Origin: an uncultured Saprospiraceae bacterium
Lineage (GTDB): Bacteria; Bacteroidota; Bacteroidia; Chitinophagales; Saprospiraceae
Direction of reading: 5' to 3'
DNA length: 38,207 nucleotides
Assembly (NCBI GenBank): GCA_964545645.1
Contig: CAZJHC010000001.1
Location: 1 to 38,207 of the forward strand
Below the pieces are notes generated by a model. It saw only the letters and a list, made by a program, of their open reading frames with translations, was not told the origin of the DNA and made no database searches. This document shows positions 20,083-29,202 of the stretch, in pieces (the first letter of the stretch is position 1; each line of letters starts with the position of its first letter). Made by a program: the position numbers and the translations under genes.

Positions 20083-20601
20083 CTATTGTCTCGAGATAAT
20101 TTGATACATATTCAGTATAAGAAATGATGCAACAAAGCTTAATAGTGTGTTGACAAGGATTTTTTCTATGTATACCATCGAAAATGCATCTAAAGAAAAG
20201 TATACCAGCAAATGAACAAACAATAAAATAGCGCTATAGCTTAGGAACCATCCAAAACCATAGTATTGGGTAGTCGGCAAGTTGTCCGCCCTATAACCTC
20301 CTCGAGGCTCTATAATGTTGAGGACATATGGCCTGATAAATGCTACGAATACTAATGATGCTGAATGAACGCCAAATGATTGATAGAAGTAATCTATAAA
20401 TAAGCCAATAATAAAAGCGACAATGAGAATAAGACTCTTAGAAACAGCAAGGGGTGTCAAGATGATAATTAGGGGATACAAATAAATACTTAACGAGTAT
20501 CGATCTCCTATGGGAAAAGAAAAGTTAAGCAGCAATAGTATCTGCATAGATAATATGATAATAGTATGAACACTAATCTTGAGAAGGTGTGAGCTATTCA
20601 T
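20083..20601 (-). CDS. mreD: Rod shape-determining protein MreD (Bacteroidota type)
   Basis: 172-aa hydrophobic protein with GLFIDYF..SFGVHSAS and RPYVL motifs, between mreC and mrdA. Confidence 0.88.
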   Translation of the reverse strand: MNSSHLLKISVHTIIILSMQILLLLNFSFPIGDRYSLSIYLYPLIIILTPLAVSKSLILIVAFIIGLFIDYFYQSFGVHSASLVFVAFIRPYVLNIIEPRGGYRADNLPTTQYYGFGWFLSYSAILLFVHLLVYFSLDAFSMVYIEKILVNTLLSFVASFLILNMYQIISRQ

Positions 20602-21397
20602 TGAGCTCTTTTAATTCTGTGGACGAAAGATTGTTAATAATATAAACATTATCGAGATTACCATACGAGACAGAAGGCTCAACCTTTACGTTAAAATATT
20701 CTCCTGATTTTTCTAGTGACCAGTCGATAACGGTTCCAATCACAATGTTAGGAGGAAAAATAGTAGAATAACCATTTGTAACTATCGTGTCTCCAACAGA
20801 AATACTTGCATGATTAGGTATGCCTTGCAACTCGAGTTCTGAAATTGAGTTGCCTGGCCAGGTTATTGTTCCGTAATAATTATTGCTCTTTAAGGTGGCG
20901 CTGATACGGGTGTCTATATTTAGGAGACTCAATCCTGAAGAATAGTTGGTACTTACGGAGGTCAACTTACCTACAACTCCTTGGAGAGTTATAATACCCA
21001 TATCTGTCTTTAAGCTATCCTGTTGGCCCTTATTGATTATTATGGTGTTGCGAAGAGAGCGGATGCTCTGGCTCAATATTTTGGCAGAGGTCACATCATA
21101 GACGAATTCCTCATCCTGCTTTTTCTGATTATTTAATTTGTCTGACAATACAATAACTTCTCTAATAAGCTCAGCATTTTCAGCGGCCAGTCGTGCATTG
21201 TCTTTTTCAAGATCTAATAATTCATTAAGACGAGAGGTCTGTTTGAATATAGAGCCAGATACTTGGCTAGCAGAATTTTTTATTATGCTATTTTGATTAG
21301 AATTAAAACGGACTATCAGGTTTAAACAAATAATCTCGATGAATATAAAGAGCAATATATGTGCATATTTCTGCGCTATGCCAAATAATGATAACAT
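20594..21397 (-). CDS. mreC: Rod shape-determining protein MreC
   Basis: N-terminal TM, coiled coil (ENAEL), IINKG, GVVG and GDTIVTNGYSTIFPPNIVIG. Confidence 0.93.
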   Translation of the reverse strand: MLSLFGIAQKYAHILLFIFIEIICLNLIVRFNSNQNSIIKNSASQVSGSIFKQTSRLNELLDLEKDNARLAAENAELIREVIVLSDKLNNQKKQDEEFVYDVTSAKILSQSIRSLRNTIIINKGQQDSLKTDMGIITLQGVVGKLTSVSTNYSSGLSLLNIDTRISATLKSNNYYGTITWPGNSISELELQGIPNHASISVGDTIVTNGYSTIFPPNIVIGTVIDWSLEKSGEYFNVKVEPSVSYGNLDNVYIINNLSSTELKELNE

Positions 21398-21399
21398 GG

Positions 21400-22431
21400 C
21401 TACATGCTCCTTCTATCCATTAAAAAAGTAAACTTGCTTGTATTTTGAAGCGCAATTCCTGTACCTCTAACCACCGCTCTAAGGGGATCATCCGCAACGA
21501 ATACATTAAGCTTTGTCTTTTCACTTATGCGGCTATCCAACCCTCTCAACAATGCTCCTCCTCCTGTAAGATATATCCCCGTACGATATATATCTGAGGC
21601 TAGTTCAGGTGGGGTTTCTTCAAGGGCTCTAATTACGGCATCTTCTATTTTGGCGATTGACTTATCTAGGGCTTCTGCGACTTCGATATGATTGACCAAG
21701 ATTTGCTTCGGAATACCAGTCAAAAGATCTCTACCATTGACGGCAAGAGGTGGGGGAGGATTCTCTATGTCCGGGATAGCTGCTCCTACTTCTTTTTTGA
21801 TGACCTCTGCTGTCCGCTCTCCTATCAGGAGATTATGCATCCTTTTGACATATTCTATAATGTCTTCGTTGAGTTCATCACCTGCGGTCCTGATTGATTG
21901 ATCGGTGACTATACCAGATAATGCTATTACTGCTATTTCTGTAGTTCCACCCCCTATATCGATGATCATATTTCCCATCGGTTCTAAGACATCTATCCCG
22001 ATTCCGAGAGCAGCGGCCATAGGTTCGTGTATGAGATAGGTTTCTTTAGCATCGACATGATCGGCAGAATCGAAAACGGCTCTTTTTTCTACTTCGGTAA
22101 TCCCCGAAGGGATACAAATGACCATCTTGAGGTGTGCAAAAAATTTGCGGCGACCTTCGACCATATTAATCATGCCTTGAATCATGTTTTCTGCAGCTTG
22201 AAAATCGGCGATAACGCCATCTTTCAATGGCCTTACGGTCAAAATATTGCTATGAGTTTTCTCATGCATATGCATGGCTTTGGTCCCTACCGCTAATAAT
22301 TCTCGTGAATTGCGATCCATAGCCACTATTGATGGTTCATCCACAACAACCTCATCATCATATACGATAAGGGTATTGGCGGTGCCAAGATCAATAGCTA
22401 ATTCTTGTCTAAAAAAACTGAATAGTCCCAT
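21400..22431 (-). CDS. mreB: Rod shape-determining protein MreB
   Basis: AIDLGTANT, RPLKDGVIADF, EPMAAA, DIGGGTTE and LTGGGALLRG. Confidence 0.98.
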   Translation of the reverse strand: MGLFSFFRQELAIDLGTANTLIVYDDEVVVDEPSIVAMDRNSRELLAVGTKAMHMHEKTHSNILTVRPLKDGVIADFQAAENMIQGMINMVEGRRKFFAHLKMVICIPSGITEVEKRAVFDSADHVDAKETYLIHEPMAAALGIGIDVLEPMGNMIIDIGGGTTEIAVIALSGIVTDQSIRTAGDELNEDIIEYVKRMHNLLIGERTAEVIKKEVGAAIPDIENPPPPLAVNGRDLLTGIPKQILVNHIEVAEALDKSIAKIEDAVIRALEETPPELASDIYRTGIYLTGGGALLRGLDSRISEKTKLNVFVADDPLRAVVRGTGIALQNTSKFTFLMDRRSM

Positions 22432-22467
22432 TAAATTCTTCTGCTAATAATTTTTTGGTAGATCAAT

Positions 22468-23739
22468 CTATGATGCACCAACTGTCACTATCCAAAAATC
22501 ATTCCTATTTAGATATTGTTGTGACGTGTTAAGTATATCTTCTGAACTAACTGAGCGAGATATGTCTATAAGGGTATTTAATTCCGATAAGGGAATACCA
22601 TTCAAAACTAATGATTTTATTGCCCTTATACTATTTAGTGGCCCATCAAAAAAGTTTACATACATCCCGCAGATATAGTTTTTGACCAGATCTAATTCTT
22701 TCTGAGTTATTTTATGTTGACATAGATGATCCATTTCTTTATATATCTCATTGGTGGTCAGAAAGACATTCTCATTGGCCACCTCACTGGAGATCATCAA
22801 TGACCCATCTGTAAGATGTGTGTCGATCATAGAATAGATACCATAGGTCAACCCTTTTTCTTCCCGTATATTGGATATCAGCCTACTGCCAAAGTATCCC
22901 CCTAAAACAGTATTGACAAATAAAAGCTTATGGTAATCCTCGTGATTACGCTTAAAACATGTTCTACCCATGCGTATGGATGTTTGTAAGGGGTTCCCCC
23001 CACAAGTAATCTTTTTGAGCGATGACGGTCTTTTTTTATATATGTGAGGTTCTATAATATTGCCAGACGGGATGCTATTAATCATAGATTGAATAGCTTT
23101 GGCGGTTCCCGTAGAGATGTCACCTGCTACAAAAACAGCACAGTTTTGGGCAGTAAAAAGGTCTTTGTAATGTGTTACTAAATCTTCTCTTTCGAGTGCA
23201 TCATACTTGGATTGATCGCTATTATATCCATATGGATGCTGATAACCATAGAGAGCCTCTGTCAGTTTTCGATAGGAAATCAAGTCATTCTTGCGTAGGT
23301 CTGTTTTGAGCCGTTCGCTCCTTCTTTTTTTTAAGAGGGTAAGTTCCTCCTGAGGGATGGCAGGATGGAGCAGTATCTCTTGGAGAACCTCTTTGAGGGC
23401 ATTAAAATATTTGGCCATACAGACCATCTTGATTGACAAGCTATCAAAGTCTGATTTGACCCTGATTGAGGCTCCATGGTAATCAAATATTTCAGCTATT
23501 TCTTGGCTTGACTTTAGTGCTGTACCCTCGGTCAGAAGAGCCGCCGTACAAGAAGAGGAGAGATGTTTGGATTCTTGCAATCTGCCAGCACCAAAGACAA
23601 TTTCGATAAGAACAATTTCTGTTTTAGGTTTGTGAACTTGATAGATTTTGATCCCATTAGAGGCCTGGACTACATCTACTTCTGGCCAGATAATCGAATC
23701 TAAGGAGCTAATGGCTGGGGGTATGCTAAGGTTTGCCAA
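22468..23739 (-). CDS. M16B family peptidase, non-catalytic subunit
   Basis: SNGIKIY, LLTEGT, HPYG and LGGYFGSRL..NIREEKGLTYGI; no HxxEH zinc motif; TTG start. Confidence 0.88.
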   Translation of the reverse strand: MANLSIPPAISSLDSIIWPEVDVVQASNGIKIYQVHKPKTEIVLIEIVFGAGRLQESKHLSSSCTAALLTEGTALKSSQEIAEIFDYHGASIRVKSDFDSLSIKMVCMAKYFNALKEVLQEILLHPAIPQEELTLLKKRRSERLKTDLRKNDLISYRKLTEALYGYQHPYGYNSDQSKYDALEREDLVTHYKDLFTAQNCAVFVAGDISTGTAKAIQSMINSIPSGNIIEPHIYKKRPSSLKKITCGGNPLQTSIRMGRTCFKRNHEDYHKLLFVNTVLGGYFGSRLISNIREEKGLTYGIYSMIDTHLTDGSLMISSEVANENVFLTTNEIYKEMDHLCQHKITQKELDLVKNYICGMYVNFFDGPLNSIRAIKSLVLNGIPLSELNTLIDISRSVSSEDILNTSQQYLNRNDFWIVTVGAS

Positions 23740-23762
23740 ATATATTTTTCTTATTTGAGCGG

Positions 23763-23770
23763 CAAATGTA
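23763..23770 (-). promoter_or_regulatory. Bacteroidota -7 promoter element (TACATTTG) heading the long minus-strand gene run
   Basis: Exact TAnnTTTG match 23 bp upstream of the M16 start. Confidence 0.55.
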
Positions 23771-23818
23771 ATTAAAGCTGCGATGATTTGAATGATCTAT
23801 GGACCACGTGGATTGTCT

Positions 23819-23826
23819 TAATTTTG
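23819..23826 (+). promoter_or_regulatory. Bacteroidota -7 promoter element (TAATTTTG) for dnaN-nadD-porZ
   Basis: Exact TAnnTTTG match about 50 bp upstream of the dnaN ATG, divergent from the element at 23763-23770. Confidence 0.5.
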
Positions 23827-23875
23827 CTTAGTTTTAATTTTTTAAATCTCACAAGTCAGACTTTAACCCAAGCGC

Positions 23876-24991
23876 ATGAAGTTTAGTGTATCGTCCTCAG
23901 AGTTATTAAAGAAACTTAGCCTGGCAAACGGAGTGATAGGATCAAATACCGTATTGCCAATTTTGGAGGATTTTTTGTTCAATTTGACAGACAATGTACT
24001 TACTATAACCTCCTCCAACCTCGAGACAACTATCATAACAACATTGGAAGTTGCTATGGAAGAAGGAGGCGAGATTGCCATACCGGCCAAAATTTTGCTC
24101 GATACGCTCAAGGCTCTTCCAGAACAACCGATTACCCTTGAGGTTGATCAAGGGACTCGAGCCATTAAGATTACCTCAGCCTATGGTAGATATAAATTGT
24201 CAGGCGATGCTGCAGAAGATTACCCTGAGTTGCCAACCTCGACCGATGTAGAATCTCTCAACATCGGTGGTGATATTATGTCTAAGGTGCTAACCAAGAC
24301 ACTATTTGCCACCAGCAATGATGAGCTACGCATGGCGATGCAAGGCTTATACTTTCAAATTGAAGAAGATTCATTGATCTTTGTAGCAACAGATGCCCAT
24401 AAGTTGGTCAAATACTCTTTCAAAACAGAGGGCCAGAACAAACCAAACTCTATCATCGTGCCTAAGAAAGGCCTAATGCTCCTCAAAAATGCACTCAGCA
24501 GCGATCAAGAAATAGAGTTGAGCTATAATAGTAACAACGTATTTTTTAGATTGGAAGATACTCAGATCATCATTCGACTGATTGATGCTAAGTATCCAGA
24601 TTATAATGCTGTTATACCTTATGATAATGCTAATATCTTGGGGCTGGATCGTGGAGATTTTCAAAATTCTCTGAGACGTATAGCAATCTATGCCAATAAG
24701 TCTACCAATCAAGTAGTGCTTAACTTAACAGAGGGGAGTTTGACTATCTCGGCTCAAGATTTAGATTTTTCAAATGAGGCTACAGAGCAACTGAGTTGCA
24801 TCTATGATGGTGACTCTATGAATATAGGGTTCAACGCCAAGTTTTTGATAGAGATGCTCGGTGTTATAGGCTCCGAACAAGTAAACTTTAAGTTGTCCAC
24901 TCCTAATAGAGCGGGGATCCTCGTGCCCGCAGATCAAGAAGAAGGAGAAGAGTTGATCATGCTGGTGATGCCAGTAATGATGGGTAATTAA
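23876..24991 (+). CDS. dnaN: DNA polymerase III beta sliding clamp
   Basis: MKFSVSS, LPILEDFL, VATDAHKL, YPDYNAVIP, IGFNAKFL and C-terminal LVMPV. Confidence 0.97.
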   Translation: MKFSVSSSELLKKLSLANGVIGSNTVLPILEDFLFNLTDNVLTITSSNLETTIITTLEVAMEEGGEIAIPAKILLDTLKALPEQPITLEVDQGTRAIKITSAYGRYKLSGDAAEDYPELPTSTDVESLNIGGDIMSKVLTKTLFATSNDELRMAMQGLYFQIEEDSLIFVATDAHKLVKYSFKTEGQNKPNSIIVPKKGLMLLKNALSSDQEIELSYNSNNVFFRLEDTQIIIRLIDAKYPDYNAVIPYDNANILGLDRGDFQNSLRRIAIYANKSTNQVVLNLTEGSLTISAQDLDFSNEATEQLSCIYDGDSMNIGFNAKFLIEMLGVIGSEQVNFKLSTPNRAGILVPADQEEGEELIMLVMPVMMGN

Positions 24992-25004
24992 AAAAGACCT
25001 CAAC

Positions 25005-25586
25005 ATGAGTCATATTGGGTTGTTTTTTGGCTCTTTTAATCCCGTCCATGTCGGCCATATGATTATAGCTAATTATATGGTAGAATATACAGACTTAGAT
25101 GAACTGTGGATGGTCTTAAGTCCTCAGAACCCGTTTAAAAGTCAAAAATCTCTTGCCAAGGATTATGATAGACTTCACTTACTCAACCTGGCTATTGGAG
25201 AGCATCAACATATAAGATCATCCAACGTCGAGTTTGGTTTACCTCGTCCTTCATATACAATAGATACTCTGAGTTATCTAAAAGAAAAATACCCTCAAAA
25301 AAGGTTTTCATTAATAATGGGGGGAGACAACCTCCATAGTTTTCATAAATGGAAGAACTATGAACTGATCTTGCAAAACCACCACATATATGTATACAAA
25401 AGAGGAAACTCAGATCAATATGATCTAGGGGATCATCCAAATGTTAGTTTTGCCGATGCCCCTATGCTCGATATTTCTGCGAGCTATCTACGCAAGAACC
25501 TCAAAGAAGATAAATCCATACAATATCTTGTTACTGAAGAGGTGTTTGAATACCTCAAGATTAATAACATCTATAAGAAACTGTGA
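25005..25586 (+). CDS. nadD: Nicotinate-nucleotide adenylyltransferase
   Basis: GLFFGSFNPVHVGH (HxGH), SYTIDTL, MGGDN..SFHKWK and DISAS. Confidence 0.96.
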   Translation: MSHIGLFFGSFNPVHVGHMIIANYMVEYTDLDELWMVLSPQNPFKSQKSLAKDYDRLHLLNLAIGEHQHIRSSNVEFGLPRPSYTIDTLSYLKEKYPQKRFSLIMGGDNLHSFHKWKNYELILQNHHIYVYKRGNSDQYDLGDHPNVSFADAPMLDISASYLRKNLKEDKSIQYLVTEEVFEYLKINNIYKKL

Positions 25587-27904
25587 AATATTCAGCTATA
25601 AGCTTATTACTCATTTTGGTTTGGGTCAAGTCTATAGGTCAAAATGGCGGTTTGGCTCTGGGAGAATGGAGATCTCATCTTCCTCAACAATCTGGCAATT
25701 ACGTCACCCAGACTCCAGAATCCATAGTTTATTCTAATCTCTGGAATCTAATCATCATTAATAAGCAAGATGGTGCTGTTCGATTCATATCCAAGGTTGA
25801 TGGACTCAGTGATGTCGGTATAACTTTAGTTAAATACGATCCTATCAATAACCAACTGATTATCATCTACGATGATGCTAATATAGATTTGCTTAAGGAG
25901 GATGGCGCTGTCATTAATATCCCCAATATCAAGCTAAATACCTCAATCAATACAAACAAGACGATTAATGCACTAACGATAGATAAAGAGGGTGTTGTTT
26001 ATCTTGCCTCGGCTTTTGGAATAGTCTCGTTTGATGGGGACAGAGGAATATTTATGTCTACAACCATTACTAACTTAAATATTACTTCGATAGAAGTATT
26101 AGACAACTATCTATACGCTGGGGCAACAGATGGCCTCTATGGTTATGACACTAGTTCTGATCTAAATATCAGTGATTTTAACCTTTGGAATATTATAGAT
26201 CAAACACAAGGCATCCCTACTCTTGAGGAAATTATATCATTGTCGTCAGATGGCGAAGCTCTCTATGTTGGCACAAGTAAGATGTTATATCGAGGGTCCC
26301 AAAGCACGACTTTTGAACCATTCTTCACTCAAGACAATGCCGATTTTAGTTTGCAATTTTTAAATCAATCAGGGGGCTACATTATAGCAGGCTATCAAGG
26401 GAACACGTTTAATAGTCAGGCGGTATTCTTTAAAGAAGGCGAGGTAATGACAGGTAGTGGAGGCTGTGTCAACATCATTCAGGGAGCGGAAATAGAACCC
26501 TCTGGTAGAGTATGGTATGCTGATGGTTTTCCAGAGATCAGGACTGCTCCGGATTTTACGACCTCATGTGAACGGATCACCTATAACTCTCCGTTTTTTC
26601 ATACAGTCAGTGATATAGATATTAAGCAAGGTAATCTATATGCCAGTGATGGAGGTGTGTCAGATAATTTTCAGTATCTCTTCAGTCGAAATGGATTTTA
26701 TATAAGAGAGGAGTCAGATTGGATCAACTATAATGAATTTAATAATTCATCGATTAGGGATCAGGACCTACTTAGTTTTTTTAGAATAAAGGCACATCCA
26801 GTTGAGGACATAGTATATGTGGGCACATATTGGGGAGGCTTGTTGGAGTTAAATCAAGAAACAGAGGAGATCTCTGTTTTTACACAAGAGAACTCCTCAT
26901 TACGTGGAGCTATCGGGGATGAAGCAAGGGAGAGAGTAACAGGTATCTTGGTACAGGACGACATATTGTGGGTTAGCGTATATGGAGCCTTGGAGCCATT
27001 AAATGTTCGGTTAGCAGATGGCGCATGGACTAGTTTTGGGATAGACGCCCCCTCTACTATAACTAATATTACTCAGGATCAGTTTGGATATATATGGTGT
27101 TCGATCTCTGGCAGTCAGGGAGGTGTCCTTGTCTATGATCCTGGACTCGACATAATGAGTCAAGCCGACGACCGTCAGATCTTTCTCAATAGTAACAATA
27201 GTGAGCTTCCGAGAGATAGGGTCAACAAGGTTACCATGGATCTTGACGGAGATATGTGGGTTGCAACTGATAGCGGGCCAGTGATATTTGACTGTGGTAC
27301 CGATATCTTTGAAGGTGATTGTACTGGTCGACGGAGGATTGTTGAGGTAGATAGTATTTTGGCCGTGCTACTTGCAGATCAAAACATCACGGCCATAGAA
27401 ATTGATGGCGCCAATCGCAAGTGGTTTGGTACTGCTAATGGAGTGTTTGTCCAATCCGAAGATGGAGTTACAGAGTTAAATAGATTTACTGAGGATAATA
27501 GTCCGCTGTTTGATAACTTCATTCAGGATATAGCCTATGACGGAATATCAGGAGAGATGTACTTCGCTACTAACCGTGGAATAATATCATATAAAACTTC
27601 AACTACTGCTGGTGCTACTAGAAATGTCAAATCAAGGATTTACTCATATCCCAATCCTGTAGAGCCAGGATATGTAGGAGATGTTACCATTAAAGGCCTG
27701 TCTACCGATGCAGAGGTCACAATTACGGACCTCAACGGAAATCTTATAGAGAGGACGCAAGCCTTAGGGGGTACCGCTACCTGGGATCTCATGGATCCAG
27801 ATGGCAATAGGGTATCTTCTGGAGTTTATTTAGTCTTCACCAATCAATCAAAGGTTCTTGCAAATCCAGATGGTGTTGTCACCAAAATTATGGTTATCAA
27901 CTAA
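25583..27904 (+). CDS. porZ: Type IX secretion system component PorZ (beta-propellers plus T9SS C-terminal domain)
   Basis: Signal peptide, GEWRSHLP, SKVDGLSD, propeller repeats (DGANRKWFGTANG, FTEDNSPL) and CTD YSYPNPV...ITDLNGNLI...GGTATWD...SGVYLV...KIMVIN; GTG start overlapping the nadD TGA. Confidence 0.85.
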   Translation: MKYSAISLLLILVWVKSIGQNGGLALGEWRSHLPQQSGNYVTQTPESIVYSNLWNLIIINKQDGAVRFISKVDGLSDVGITLVKYDPINNQLIIIYDDANIDLLKEDGAVINIPNIKLNTSINTNKTINALTIDKEGVVYLASAFGIVSFDGDRGIFMSTTITNLNITSIEVLDNYLYAGATDGLYGYDTSSDLNISDFNLWNIIDQTQGIPTLEEIISLSSDGEALYVGTSKMLYRGSQSTTFEPFFTQDNADFSLQFLNQSGGYIIAGYQGNTFNSQAVFFKEGEVMTGSGGCVNIIQGAEIEPSGRVWYADGFPEIRTAPDFTTSCERITYNSPFFHTVSDIDIKQGNLYASDGGVSDNFQYLFSRNGFYIREESDWINYNEFNNSSIRDQDLLSFFRIKAHPVEDIVYVGTYWGGLLELNQETEEISVFTQENSSLRGAIGDEARERVTGILVQDDILWVSVYGALEPLNVRLADGAWTSFGIDAPSTITNITQDQFGYIWCSISGSQGGVLVYDPGLDIMSQADDRQIFLNSNNSELPRDRVNKVTMDLDGDMWVATDSGPVIFDCGTDIFEGDCTGRRRIVEVDSILAVLLADQNITAIEIDGANRKWFGTANGVFVQSEDGVTELNRFTEDNSPLFDNFIQDIAYDGISGEMYFATNRGIISYKTSTTAGATRNVKSRIYSYPNPVEPGYVGDVTIKGLSTDAEVTITDLNGNLIERTQALGGTATWDLMDPDGNRVSSGVYLVFTNQSKVLANPDGVVTKIMVIN

Positions 27905-29031
27905 GATATTTTTCGCAGAGCTTTTTGATATAGCTTCTCGTAATCTGGTACGATCTTATTCACATTAAACTCTTGAGCCTTCGCCAGGGCATTCTGTCTG
28001 AACTGTTGATGGGTCTCCTCCGAAGAAAGAATTTTTTGAGCATTATTAGCCATATCTTCTATGTCGCCGACTTCGCTTAGATATCCTGTTTTTCCATGTA
28101 TATTGACCTCAGGAATACCTCCAACATTGGTAGATACAACTGGCACCTCTAAGGCCATGGCCTCTAATGCCGCAAGACCAAAACTCTCGTTAGATGATGG
28201 CAACAAAAACAAGTCTGATATTGACAACAACTCCTCTATTGCTCCTTGCTTGCCTAGGAATCTAATTTCATCACAGAGCCCTATCTCTCTACAGACTTTT
28301 TCCAACTTTGAGCGTTGTGGCCCATCTCCGATCATAAGAAGTTTACTTGGAACCTTATCAAAGACTTTTTGAAAGATGTATATGGCATCCTCTGCTCTCT
28401 TGACAGATCTAAAATTGGAGATATGCACGAGTATCTTTTCTCCATTTGGAGCAATGGCCTTTTTAAAATGATCCTTATCGGTACGCTTAAATTTATCAAA
28501 ATCAATAAAGTTATAAACTACATCTATCTCTTGGCTAATATTGAAGTTTTCTATAGTGGCCTCTTTTAAAAAATGAGATACGGCAGAAACACCATCGCTA
28601 TTATTGATACTAAACTCAACTACGGTTGATAAGGCAGGGTCTTTTCCAACTAGAGTGATGTCTGTACCATGTAAGGTCGTAATGACAGGAATATGCACAT
28701 TCTTGGTTTGCAAGATACTTTTAGCCATAAATGCTACAGCGGCATGGGGGATCGCATAGTGTACATGTAGTAGATCTAATTGTTCATTGATGACTACATC
28801 AACTAATCTCCCTGCTAAGGTCGTTTCATAAGGGGTATACTTGAACAAACTGTACTTAAATGGTAGCACTTCATGAAAAAAGACATTGGCCATAAAGACA
28901 TCCAACCTTGCAGGCCTCTCATAGGTAATAAAGTGAACTTCATACCCTTTCTTAGCTAGATTAATCCCTAACTCAGTAGCAACAACACCACTTCCTCCGA
29001 AGGTAGGATAACAGACTATTCCTATTTTCAT
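27901..29031 (-). CDS. bshA: N-acetyl-alpha-D-glucosaminyl L-malate synthase (bacillithiol biosynthesis)
   Basis: MKIGIVCYPTFGGSGVVATELG, HVHYAIPHA, TTLHGTDITLVG, HISNFRSVKR and ESFGLAALEAM. Confidence 0.95.
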   Translation of the reverse strand: MKIGIVCYPTFGGSGVVATELGINLAKKGYEVHFITYERPARLDVFMANVFFHEVLPFKYSLFKYTPYETTLAGRLVDVVINEQLDLLHVHYAIPHAAVAFMAKSILQTKNVHIPVITTLHGTDITLVGKDPALSTVVEFSINNSDGVSAVSHFLKEATIENFNISQEIDVVYNFIDFDKFKRTDKDHFKKAIAPNGEKILVHISNFRSVKRAEDAIYIFQKVFDKVPSKLLMIGDGPQRSKLEKVCREIGLCDEIRFLGKQGAIEELLSISDLFLLPSSNESFGLAALEAMALEVPVVSTNVGGIPEVNIHGKTGYLSEVGDIEDMANNAQKILSSEETHQQFRQNALAKAQEFNVNKIVPDYEKLYQKALRKIS

Positions 29032-29202
29032 CCATATTTTGTTTAAAATCCACAGTATAATTGTGTAACAAAAGCTCTGCTCTTATTAGATTGGATCTTT
29101 AAATAAATGTGATATCGAAACTAATGTTTCTGTAAACCTCATAATAATTAGAGGACTAAAAAGAATGAAAATGGCCCCTAATTGTCGCTATCCCGAAGTG
29201 TA

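Noticed and set aside
27901-27904. Convergent 4-bp stop overlap of porZ and bshA without a terminator
   Set aside because: Common in compact genomes; no further signal.
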